A DNA stretch of 64,000 nucleotides from Octopus sinensis (taxonomy: Eukaryota). The DNA lies in the NCBI RefSeq assembly GCF_006345805.1, contig NC_042998.1, forward strand, positions 206,460,001 to 206,524,000, given 5' to 3'. Shown one piece after another: positions 1 to 11,539 of the stretch. Below the pieces are notes generated by a model, which ran no database searches, was not told where the DNA came from, and saw only the letters and a list, made by a program, of their open reading frames with translations. Positions within the stretch are counted from its first letter, which is position 1, and every line of letters begins with the position of its first letter. The translations under genes and the position numbers were made by a program.

Positions 1-126
1 TGTGAAATAGAAAGATGAATAATCTTGTTGCAGATTAATCAATTGTGCCTTTCGAAACACGTGTAGAATGCAATAAAACGATTTCTGTTCAATCTTCGTT
101 CAACTCCATTTCTTCAATTCACTAAT

Positions 127-162
<36 letters not shown>

Positions 163-180
163 GTATATATACATACACAC

Positions 181-365
181 ATCTCATCATTTAATGCCCA
201 TCTTCCATGCTAGCATGGATGGGACAGTGCCACAGGAGCCGGCCAGGCAGAAGCCTGCACCAGACTTCTGTGACTGTTTTGGCAGGATTTTTACAGCTGG
301 ATGCCCTTCCTAACACCAACCACTCAGCAGAGTGGACGTAGTGCTTTTTACGTGGCACAAATACA
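181..365 (-). mobile_element. SINE-like family B (GAT-tailed), 3' part
   Basis: (CAT)n-TTTAATG..CCATGCTAGCATGG..GGATGCCCTTCCTAACACCAACCACTC signature shared with more than 20 copies in the window. Confidence 0.85.
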
Positions 366-388
366 GGTGAGATGAGTAGTGCTTACCT

Positions 389-444
<56 letters not shown>

Positions 445-452
<8 letters not shown>

Positions 453-610
453 GATATTGCTTTCAAATTTTGACACAAGGCCAGCAATTTTGAGGAGGGG
501 GATACGTCAATTACATTGACCCCAGTGAGTACCTGGTACTTATTTTATAAAAGGCAAAGTCAACTCTGGAAGAATTTGAACTTAAAAAGTAAAGTTTAAA
601 AGAAATACCA
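445..610 (-). mobile_element. tRNA-derived SINE family C, degenerate
   Basis: CCCCAGTGAGTACCTGGTACTTATTTTAT..AAAGGCAAAGTCAAC..GAATTTGAAC, reverse complement of the family C body. Confidence 0.7.
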
Positions 611-1037
611 ACAATCATTTCTTGTAGCACCTTCTTCTATATTCCTCTGAATACATTCCTTAATCTGTGAACACTTTAGTACAAGAATCAGAACAGGAGA
701 AAATAGAAGACATCTTCGGGGGAAGACATTCGTAAACTGGAGAAACGATAAAATCCATAATTGTTAACTTGTACACTATCTGTGGCAAGTGATACACTGG
801 CACGATATTAAACCGAAATGGATTATTCAAACCTAATTATTAGATTACAGATTCTTAGAAAGTTAATCCTCTTAAATCACCGGCTTTCAGCAATTAATAG
901 ATTTCTTAATATTGTAATTATTATTATTATTATTATTATCATTTTGACATTTTTGTTATACAAAGTGTCACTTCTATAATGGCGGTCGAAATGTAATTAT
1001 ATTTGTGTCCTGGTGGGCGTTTCTGTGTGAACACATC

Positions 1038-1068
<31 letters not shown>

Positions 1069-1519
1069 CACTGCTTCAATGTCCACTTTTTCATGCTTGC
1101 ATGGATTGGTCAGAATTTGTCGATGCAGATTTTCTATAGCCAGATGCCCTCTCTGTTGCCAACCTTCGCCTGTTTCCAAACAGGGTACCATTTCCCCATG
1201 GCCAGGTGTCTCTTCCCCAGAAGACTGGAAATCAAAGACTCTGCTTGTATGACAGGGAAACTCATTTACAAATAGGAATGCAATGTAAACACAAACACAC
1301 ACACAAGGGGCTTCTTTCAGTTTCTTTCAGATTCACTCACGATGCCTTGGTTGACCCGGGGCTATAATAGAACACATTTGTCCAAGGTACCACACAGACT
1401 GAACCGGAAACCCTGAGTGTGTGCATATATATATGTGAGTGTTTATGTAGATGTGTGCATACATTTATGTATATGTACACACATCTGTCTAAGACACAGT
1501 TGTATGTATAACTGTTTAT

Positions 1520-1807
1520 CACGTGATCGACCAGGCTCTCTGATGTAGCTACAGATCACTGGTCACAATGCGCTTCGAATTGTTTTAGCCTTCAAATGAC
1601 GCCACCCTGCTGGCTAAGCGAGCAGGCCAACAGAAGAAAGAGTGAGAAAAAGTTGTGGCAAAGGAGTACAGCAGGGATCACCACCACCCCCTGCTGGAGC
1701 CTCGTGGAGCTTTTAGGTGTTTTCGCTCAATAAACACTCACAAGGCCTGGTCTGGGAATCGAAACCACGACCCCCCGACCACGAGTCCGCTGCCCTAACC
1801 ACTGGGC
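1520..1807 (-). mobile_element. tRNA-derived SINE family D (OR-like head, tail type 1)
   Basis: Minus strand has A box GGCCCAGTGGTTAGG and B box GGTTTCGATTCCC; near-identical copy at 24016-24328. Confidence 0.85.
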
Positions 1808-1964
1808 CTGTTTATATAAATACATATGTATGTTGTTAGGCACGTGTGTAAGTCATGCCAGCATGGAAAATGGATGTTAAACGATGATGATGATACACAC
1901 ACACATATACATATGCATACATACACACACACACATACATACACACACATACATACACCTTTGC

Positions 1965-2168
1965 CAGCACTGCCTGACTGGCGCCCATGCCGCTGGCACG
2001 TAAAAAGCACCCACTACACTCTCGGAGTGGTTGGCGTTAGGAAGGGCATCCAGCTGTAGAAACTCTGCCAGGTCAAGATTGGAGCCTGGTGCAGCCATCT
2101 GGTTTGCCAGTCCTCAATCAAAATCATCCAACCCGTGCTAGCATGGAAAGCGGACATTAAACGATGAT
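1965..2168 (+). mobile_element. SINE-like family B
   Basis: GGCACGTAAAAAGCACCCACTACACTC..GGAAGGGCATCCAGCTGTAGAAA..GCATGGAAAGCGGACATTAAACGATGAT. Confidence 0.9.
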
Positions 2169-2791
2169 ACACATACATATATACATACACACACATACAT
2201 ATATATACATACACACACACATGTATATACATACACATGTATATATATATATGTATGCATGCATGTGTGTATATACATGTGTGTGTGATTGTATCAGTTG
2301 TCCATAAGTGAGAAACCACCTGCAATCAAAATGACCATTCAAATGGTTATATTTTTATACCATTCAGCAGAATACGACTGGTCAAGGCATTCAACTGGTC
2401 AGAATGTTACCTTATTAGTTTCACACTTGCCAATTTGTCAATTGTACCAAGTTGCAAGACTTGGCAAATTGTTAAGCTTTTCAAACATATCCTAACAAGT
2501 GTTTGAAAATAAAAAAAATTACGGAAAGGGCCTCACACACAAGACATTAACTTTCTTCCAAAAGTTTCTGTTATTCTCGGTTTTTAAGATTACTTCTTAT
2601 TTAATTAATTGACTATTGAATTAAGAAAATCTTTCTTCAAAGATGTGTGTGGGGAGAGAAAGAGAGAGAGAGAGAGGGAGAGAAAAAATTCCAAGATGTA
2701 TTTTTACATGTAGGAATATGAATAGGATATTGGAATACAAGGTATCCTTCTTTCTGTGTGTACATGTGGCAACCATGCACCCGTGTGTGTG

Positions 2792-2804
<13 letters not shown>

Positions 2805-2864
<60 letters not shown>

Positions 2865-2882
2865 TTAGATAGATAGATAGAT
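2805..2882. repeat. (TA)n followed by (TAGA)n microsatellite
   Basis: Direct inspection. Confidence 0.95.
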
Positions 2883-4217
2883 ATACTGCATTTTAACATG
2901 TAGGTAATGGGGCTCCAAAAGGGGTCTCAGGGAGTAGCATCCCTGCCTTCCTGAGTTAATTTTCCACCACATTTCTTAAAAATAATCATAGAGGCCTTGG
3001 TCTCAGGGACCACTCATGTCTAGAAACTGAAGTTGGGAGTAAGCAAGGACATGCTATGGCATTGAGGTAGATCCGGCCACCCACGTTAACAGGGACAAAA
3101 CACGAATTTAAAACACTGGACAACCCCTTTTTTGTCAAAAATTAGGTTAAAAATATGGGAGTTTCTTATATATGGACAGGATTATAATCCCTTCCGAAAG
3201 CTCTTTTCTAAATTTTAAGCTCCAAAAATTAAGGAGTTTCTTATACATGTTAAGATACTTTTCTTTTTACCTACATAAAAAAAGGGTGTTATTTTCTCGG
3301 AGATTTTTATGGTAGTTCAAAAGACATTAGTGTCTATTTCTAATTCCGTACGTGGTGAGGCACTTACTGACCCCTAATTATAATTATGTATATAATTAGA
3401 GAATCTTTTGTATAATTCACCTAAAAAGGTTTTTTTTCAATGTACTGACTGCTTGGTAAAATTATTAATTAATTAATTTTACCCTGTATTAATACTAAAA
3501 TTATAATTTACTCCATAATCGAAACTGCAGTTTTTCTGTGGGATAGGTCGTAACACACATGTGGGTATAAAAAACTAAATAGGTATTCCATTTGGCTAGA
3601 TATATTTTGGGGAGTGCGGTTGAATATTAGTTACGCAATGATGCTTCATCTCATATATATTTAATTCTAACAGTCACAAATTTATAACCTGGAGCTTAGG
3701 AGAATGATAGGTAAATATAATTTACTTTAAATTTAAAATGCATCTGAGATTAACTGAAGGTGTGTGGATTCATCATTTTTTCTTTTTACCTACATAAAAA
3801 AAGGGTGTTACTTTCTCGGAGATTTTTATGGCAGTTGAAAAAACATGCTAGCATGTTTACATCCCCGTAACTTAGCGGTTCGGCAAAAGACACTGACAGA
3901 ATAAGTACCAGGCTAACAAAGAATAAGTCCTGGGGTTGATTTGTTTGACTAAAGGCGGTGCTCCAGCATGGCTGCAGTTTATGGTATATTTCTATACTTA
4001 TACCTGAAACTCCTCAAATATTATTTTCATATTCTTATTACTTGCTGTGACTGTTTTTTATGAATCTTTATTAGAAATCATTTTCCCCTCTCTTTCTGGA
4101 TCCCCACCCCCACAAAGTTTGAATTGTTCTTTTTGAACTCATTTTTTCTCTTCAACCCATGACAGCATGGAAAACGGACGCTAAACGATGATGATGATGA
4201 TGATAAACATATATATA

Positions 4218-4450
4218 CAAGGTGGCGAGCTGGCAGAAATGTTAGCACGCCGGGCAAAATGCGTAGCCATATTATGTCTGCAGCTACGTTCTGAGTTCAA
4301 ATTCCGCCGAGGTCGACTTTGCCTTTCATCCTTTCGGGGTCGATAAATTAAGTACCAGTTACACACTGGGGTCGATATAATCGACTTAATCCATTTGTCT
4401 GTCCTTGTTTGTCCCCTCTGTGTTTAGCCCCTTGTGGGTAATAAAGAAAT
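4218..4450 (+). mobile_element. tRNA-derived SINE family C, full length
   Basis: GGTGGCGAGCTGGCAGAAATG (A box), GAGTTCAAATTCC (B box), tail GCCCCTTGTGGGTAATAAAGAAATA; inverted copy at 43405-43638. Confidence 0.9.
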
Positions 4451-4882
4451 ATATATATACCTGAATATGTAAATTTATACTTACATACATAGATATAGTG
4501 CAATATGCATATAGCTATACAAGTGTATATGTTTGCATACATATTCCTATACGTAGCTTTGTATATGATTATTACTATGTCTGGCTATGCAGTAATGTGT
4601 GCGTGCGTGCGTGTAGTATCCATCTCTATATTTCTATTTACATTCAATTAACTATTCTCAATCTGTTTTCCTTCAATTAACAGCAGACATATGAAGAGAT
4701 TCTTTAAAACAGTTGAATAGTCTACACACTGCAACAGATATTGGTTTATCGTCATCATCATCATCAGTATTATCATCATTATTAATATTATTATTATTGT
4801 TGTTATTCCACAGTATTTTGTGAACTCTTGGATGTGGTCAATAAAGAAAATATTGTTATTCTTCTTACCATTATTATTATTA

Positions 4883-4921
<39 letters not shown>

Positions 4922-4959
4922 CATCTCTTATTAATCCACACAGACAAGGACCTTCATCA

Positions 4960-5530
4960 TCATCAGCAGCATTTAATGTCTGTTTTCCCTGCTGGCATGG
5001 GTTGGATGGTTTGACAGGAGCTGTGTACGGCTGGGAGCTGTGTACGACCGGAAGCTGGGTACGGCTGGGAGCTGGGTAAGGCCGGGAACTGGTTAAGGTC
5101 AGGAAGTGGTTAAGGCCAGGAGCTGGTTAAGGCCAGGAGCTGGTTAAGGCCAGGAGCTGGTTAAGGCCTGGTGCTGGTAAGGCCTGGTGCTGGTAAGGCC
5201 TGGTGCTGGTAAGGCCTGGTGCTGGTAAGGCCTGGTGCTGGTAAGGCCTGGTGCTGGTAAGGCCTGGTGCTGGTAAGGCCAGGTGCTGGTAAGGCCTGGT
5301 GCTGGTAAGGCCTGGTGCTGGTAAGGCCTGGTGCTGGTAAGGCCTGGTGCTGGTAAGGCCTGATGCTGGTAAGGCCTGATGCTGGTAAGGCCTGGAGCTG
5401 CACCAGGTTCCATTGTCTGTTTTGGTGTGGTTTCTACACCTGGATACCCTTCCTTAATGCCAACCACCTTACAGTCTACTGGGTACTATTTTAAGTGGCC
5501 CCGGCACCACCAGGGTCACCAAGCAACTTG
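4960..5530 (-). mobile_element. SINE-like family B carrying an internal minisatellite
   Basis: Family B 5' and 3' blocks flank the 16/17-bp array. Confidence 0.8.
5020..5400. repeat. 16-17 bp minisatellite (GGCCTGGTGCTGGTAA)n
   Basis: About 15 near-perfect 16-mers preceded by 17-mer GGCCAGGAGCTGGTTAA variants. Confidence 0.95.
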
Positions 5531-5999
5531 CAAGACAAAGAACCTCTCGGCTTAGTAGTGCTAAAGTGGTGGGTGGCTTTGTGTCAGTTGAGAGATTAAA
5601 GGTAAAGAGGGACACGGATGGGTGCCTTGCTGTAGATAGATGGACACAGCCCAGGTGGAAGAGAAAGGAGATGGAGTCTGAGAGTAAGGTAAGGAGATTT
5701 GGTGAGTAAGATAAAGAGGGAAATGATGATGAGAGAGAGAGGGTGGTAAAGATGTGTCAAGTGATGGCCTTGAAGGACATTGAGGGTGGTGAGAATAAGT
5801 GAGGTGATAGGGAGAGCTTTGGAGTGGGTGAGTAGGAGGCATCCAGGTGTAGAAACCATGCCAAGGTAACCAGTGGAACCTGGTGCAGTCTTCTGGCTCG
5901 ACGGCTCTTGTCAAACCATTCAACCTATACCAGCAGAGAAAATGGAACATTAAACAGTATCTTTATTATTCTTCTTAACACTATTGTAGAGACACAGAG

Positions 6000-6120
6000 A
6001 CACATAGCCCAATGGTTAGTGTATTTTTATCTAATGAGCATGTCTTTGGGTTCAATTCCTGGACTGGGTAGTGCATTGTGTCTTTGAGCAAGGCACTTCA
6101 TTTCATATTGTTCCAACAAT
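6000..6120 (+). mobile_element. Degenerate tRNA-derived SINE head (family E-like)
   Basis: TAGCCCAATGGTTAG..GGTTCAATTCC..GTGTCTTTGAGCAAGGCACTT. Confidence 0.65.
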
Positions 6121-6324
6121 GATAAACATCGGTCAGGTGTTGGTGCTGCCCTCTCTTGCACCATCTATCACATCCTGGATGTGACAGCTGGGTTACATTT
6201 GGAAGGGCCAACAAGGTGTCTGTGTCCATTCCTGACTATTAGCACTGTCGTATAAAGACGGTGACTATATAAAATAATTGTCTATATTTATATAGACTAT
6301 CCAAGCTATATAATAAATAACTGT

Positions 6325-6671
6325 ATTAAAATCAAAATAAGCAACAAGGATATCCAGAGGTAATGCAGTACGATCGTTTCATACAACTCCACTTAATTGA
6401 ACAATGCAATCATAACATCAATTTAAAATGTAGAGCAATCTTCAGCTGCACAAAGACATAGAATTTAATTAAATTAGAACAGATGGACACATTAGTATAA
6501 TTATACCTAAAATCTGTTCTAATTCAATAAAATTCTATGTCTTTGTGCAGCTGAAGATTGCTCTACATTTTAAATTGATGTAATGATTGCATTCTTCAAT
6601 TAAATGGAGTTGCATGAAACGATCGTACTGCATTACCTCTAGATATCCTTGTTGCTTATTTTGATTTTAAT
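6325..6671. mobile_element. Fold-back / MITE-like element with ~160 bp inverted arms
   Basis: 6325-6484 is the reverse complement of 6512-6671 with few mismatches; 27 bp spacer. Confidence 0.85.
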
Positions 6672-7279
6672 CACCTTATTTTGAAATTGTATGGATAAAA
6701 CCGTACTAAATTCTGGTGCCTCAACTTACATGCCATATTCATCTGAATCTAAATTTTTGCTAATAAATAAGTATATATAGCTGTATAGACAGCGTGAGCT
6801 GTATAAATATTGTATATAGTTATATAGGCAGGTATTTGATTCTGTCCGAAGAAGGTCTTACAGATTTCTCCTTCATGTACAATTTTGTAACCCAAACAGA
6901 GAATCAAATATCTGTCTATATAACTATATACAATAATCTATATAGTCCAGACTGTCTATATAATAACTGTATGATTATTTATATAGCTTAGACAGTCTGT
7001 ATAACCAAAATCAATTATGCCTCACACAAATATAACATCTACATACAACTTTAAAGTACTGCACTTTAAGGGGACCCAGCTTGGATTATAACCCTAGCCA
7101 CATGATAGATAATCGTACATACTTATATAGACTGTCTGAGCTATAGAGAAAAGTATATAGAGTTATAATAGACTGTCTGAGCTATATAGATAATTGTATA
7201 TAGAGTTATATAGACTGTCTGAGCTATATAGATATTTGTGTATAGTTTTTTTTTTTTGGTGGGGGGTAACGGTAAGGCC

Positions 7280-7494
7280 ATTTTCTGTTGTGTCTGGGAA
7301 TAGTCATTCTCTTTTAGTGCCGTGCCTTATTATTTGACACACTCACTGGTAAAGTTTCCACTCATTTACTTACTTATTTTGTCCTAAAATTTTGTGTCTT
7401 GCAACCTTTTCAATAGTCATTTACCTTACCGGTGAGTGTGTTAAATAATAAAGCACTAAAAGAGAACCGCTCTCCTCAGACCACAACAAAATAT
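7280..7494. mobile_element. MITE-like element with ~70 bp imperfect inverted termini
   Basis: TTTTCTGTTGTGTCTG..TCTTTTAGTGC..ACACACTCACTGGTAA versus TTACCGGTGAGTGTGT..GCACTAAAAGAGA..CAGACCACAACAAAA; half copy at 49062-49197. Confidence 0.7.
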
Positions 7495-7959
7495 GCTTCA
7501 ACACACGAACTCACATAAATAATCTTGCAAACTAAATCCCAAAACTAAAGGTCATTTTTATTTTCCTTTAAATAGAAAAACGTGTGTGTGTGCGCACATG
7601 TGTGCATGTGTGTGCGTGCACGTGTGCGTAATGAATTTAAATTGGGGTTTGGGAAGAACAATTTCCTGAAAACCAGATCACATCATGGTCCCAGAAAATG
7701 GAAAAGATGTTGTTCCAGAGGGTGGCGAGGGAGATGTGACGGAACAGTCTCTCTGACTCATGGGGCTCGCATTTGCAGACCTTGTATATAATTATACACA
7801 CTGTCTGAGCTCTATACATACTTCTATGCAGTTAGTATATACAGCCTGATATATATAGATAATTTTATAGCTTCAGTTTGTGTCACCTGATAACTAGATG
7901 TAGTTTTAGTTACATCCACCTTGAGAGTCCAAGCAGTAATTCTATATATGTGGATATAT

Positions 7960-8352
7960 GTCTACAGCTGTGTGTATATGTCTATAGCTGTGTGTATATA
8001 TATATGTCTATAGCTGTGTGTATATATGTCTATAGCTGCGTGTATATATGTCTATAGCTGTGTGTATATATATGTCTATAGCTGTGTGTATATATATGTC
8101 TATAGCTGTGTGTATATATATGTCTATAGCTGTGTGTACATATATATGTCTATAGCTGTGTGTACATATATATGTCTATAGCTGTGTGTATATATGTCTA
8201 CAGCTGTGTGTATATATGTCTATAGCTGTGTGTATATATGTCTATAGCTGTGTGTATATATATGTCTATAGCTGTGTGTATATATGTCTATAGCTGTGTG
8301 TATATATGTCTATAGCTGTGTATATATGCCTATAGCTGTGTGTATATTTCTA
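7960..8352. repeat. 20-26 bp minisatellite (GTCTATAGCTGTGTGTATATAT)n
   Basis: About 17 units differing in TA/TG count. Confidence 0.95.
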
Positions 8353-8917
8353 TAGTCATCTGTATGTGTCAATGTGTTTGTGAATATATTTATTTGTGTA
8401 TGTATATATTATTCAATGTGTAGATGTATTAGTGTATATATATGTGTGTGTGTCTTTATGTTGTTGTTGTTGTCCATCATCAACTCAGCTCTGATCCAAT
8501 TTACATGGACAGATGGAAATAGATACCAATTTTTTTCTAAGAGAGTCTTGTCATTTTTTTCCTTTTTTAGTGTAATCTCAGCGCTGAGGGAGTTCCACTT
8601 CTCTGCTAAAATCATTTGAACCAAAACAAATTCCTTGATGTGATTTTTTTCCTTCCTGCAAGGAGATGGGTTTGGCCCTTCCTCCGCTTAACATCCAGGA
8701 AAAGGTGGGGAAGGTGGCTTCATGCCAGGTGTTTGGAAGCTAAAATAGGGATTCACAATCAGGGGTCCACATGACCCTTGGCAATACACATAAGATTTCA
8801 TTACTAAAGCTAATTTGCAATAAATCAGTTATATTTCTGTAATACACAAAATATTTTGACAATTTCTTTTATATAATTCCTAAAAATATTAATCATAAAG
8901 ATGCTTTTTTTTTCTTT

Positions 8918-9147
8918 TTAACCGTTTCGTTACCATCCTGGCTGAAACCACCTCTGGCTCTGTAATACAAATGTCCTGTTTTCATAAGTTCTGACCTAAA
9001 ATCTTCCACCAAACCTTAGTCACCATTTATGTTCTTAATACTAGCTTAATGATAACTAAGTTATTTTACTAAATTCTTTGTTGTATTTGAAGCAATTGAA
9101 AGAAAACCCAGAGCATCTCAACAGAAATATGGTAACAAAGGGGTTAA
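8918..9147 (-). mobile_element. piggyBac-like MITE family 1 (TTAA target)
   Basis: TTAA-CCGTTTCGTTACC ... GGTAACAAAGGGG-TTAA; reverse complement of copies at 42.2, 47.5 and 49 kb. Confidence 0.85.
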
Positions 9148-9601
9148 ACATCAAACAGCTCTGGAAGTCTACTAGGGTAAACTAGGGATCAAGGAGGTCC
9201 GCCGGATAAAAATGGTTGAGAAAGAGTGGGCTAAAATATGATAAAGGGGAGAGCAGGGGTTAAAATTGATAAAGAGGGAAGCAGAGGTGTGTTGCTACAA
9301 AGGAGACAGACGTCAATGCCACATTATGTAGAAATAAGGGGGAAGCTGGGAAGAAGATAAAGATGATAGTAATAGGGGATGGGGGACAGAACAAAGTCTC
9401 AAGGTAACAAGAAGCTGAGCTTAAGAGGGGACACAGACAGAAGGTCAGAGATGGAGGAGAAGAGGAGAGAGAAGCGAGAGTATTGATTACAAATGATCTG
9501 AATAGTTTGTCAGATGCCAAACGTAACCAAACAAAACCGGTTCGAATATCCCAACCCTGTTTAGGAATTTAATAATTTCCATGGCAGAATTGTTAGCAAT
9601 T

Positions 9602-10005
9602 AGGCGCAGGAGTGGCTGTGTGGTAAGTAGCTTGTTTACCAACCATATGGTACCGGGTTCAGTCCCACTGCGTGGCAACTTGGACAAGTGTCTTCTACTA
9701 TAGCCTTGGGCCGACCAAAGCCTTGTGAGTGGATTTGGTAGACGGAAACTTAAAGAAGCCCGTCGTATATATATATATATATATATATGTATATGTATAT
9801 GTGTGTGTGCGTGTATGTTTGTCCCCCTAGCATTGCTTAACAACCGATGCTGGTGTGTTTATGCCCCCGTCACTTAGTGGTTCAGCAAAAAGAGACTGAT
9901 AGAATAAGTACTGGGCTTACAAAGAATAAGTCCCGGGGTCGAGTTGCTCGACGAAAGGCGGTGCTCCAGCATGGCCGCAGTCAAATGACTAAAACAAATA
10001 AAAGA
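9602..10005 (+). mobile_element. tRNA-derived SINE family A (OK-like), full length
   Basis: A box TGGCTGTGTGGTAAG, B box GGTTCAGTCCC, central (TA)/(TG) tract, tail GGTGCTCCAGCATGGCCGCAGTCAAATGACT. Confidence 0.92.
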
Positions 10006-10049
10006 GAGAGAAAGAGTAAAGAACTTAAAAGGGATTTTGTCAGTCTTTA

Positions 10050-10660
10050 TGTATGAGGTTCAAATGCCACTTGAGGTTAGCTTTGTATTTCATCCTTTCT
10101 GGGTCTCTGAAGTAAGAACCAGTTGAGCACGGGGGGGATGGGGGGGTCGATGTAATCAACTTACCCCCTCCCCCAAATTGCTGGCCTTGTGCCAAAATTT
10201 GAAACCAATATTCTGAGCTCAAAGGTGGTGGGGCTGGCAGGAACGTCAGCACACCGAGCGAGATGCTTAGCATCTGTCTTTGCGTTCTGAGTTCAGATTC
10301 CACCGAGGTTGACTTTGCCTTTCATCCTTTCAGGGTCGATAAATTAAGTACCAGTTGCGTACTGGGGTCGATCTAATTGGCTGGCTCCCACCCCAAATTT
10401 TGGGCCTTGTGCCTTGAGCAGAAAAAAATATTCTGAGCTCAAAATAAGGCAGTGAGCTGGTAGAATCATCAGAATGTGAAGTAAAATGTTTTGAGGTATT
10501 CCATCCATCTTTACGTTCTGAGTTCAAATTTTGCTGGGGCCAACTTTGCTTTCATCCTTTCAGGGTCGATAAAATAAGTACCAGCTGAACACTGGAGGTC
10601 GATGTAATCAACTTCCTCCCTCCCAGCCAAATTGGTGGCCTAGCGCTAAAATTTGAAATC
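10050..10660 (+). mobile_element. Three tandem family C SINE copies
   Basis: Repeated GAGTTCAAA..GACTTTGCCTTTCATCCTTTCAGGGTCGATAAA..AAGTACCAG..GGCCT..TTTGAAA blocks at ~10065, ~10290 and ~10520. Confidence 0.8.
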
Positions 10661-11539
10661 AATAATTTCCATGGCAACTCAAATTTATCTCTGAGAAATG
10701 TAACAAAAGCTTCTTTGACAAAAGCTCAGGTAGTGGTGGTGGGGGAATATAACCCCCCTGCCCCATTTCTGCCACCAGCCTGCTCCATTCTGGCCTGACC
10801 ATTTTAAAATAGTGGTGGTGGGGGGAGGAGTAGTGGAGTATAAATGGTGAATTGTAAAAGGTGGCAAAAGAAGAAAGGAAGCCGAAGAAAGAGGTTAATG
10901 CCATCACAGCAGAAAATCGGTTGAGGATTTAAAAACGACGACAACGACATTACGATCTGTGGAGAAGATAATGTAATTTCAGAGTTTAGATGAAATTAAT
11001 TATTAATGTGCTTTACTGGAGCGAACCGGAATGAACTGGAATGAAACAAGATGACAGACACTGCACTGGCTTGTCAATAATTATGACAAAACAACCACAA
11101 CAAGAGGAAATATGTAAATAAGAAGATTGGAATAAGTGATCTGACTGTCATTGGAGCCGGAGGTTGGCTTGTGTGGGGGGAGGTGTATGGGGCAGTGGGG
11201 GTGTGTGTGCCTGGTTGTGTGTGTGTACACGTATTATGTATCACTGAGTGTGTATACATGTATAGATGTATTACTGTATGTATGTCTGTGTCTCTCTGTT
11301 ATTTTTGTTGTCTGGCATCAAATCATCCCTGATCCAGCACACACACACACACATACATAGATACACATACATACACACACATACATAGATACACATATAT
11401 ATGTACACACACACACACACACACATCATCATCATCGTTTGTCTGCCTTCCATGCTGGCACAAACACATGTACACATACACACACATTTATATATATATA
11501 TATATGTATATATATAAAATTAATTTAAAAAATACGAAG

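Noticed and set aside
5161-5395. Chi-like GCTGGT words in the minisatellite
   Set aside because: Not the GCTGGTGG octamer, and Chi has no established meaning in an animal genome.
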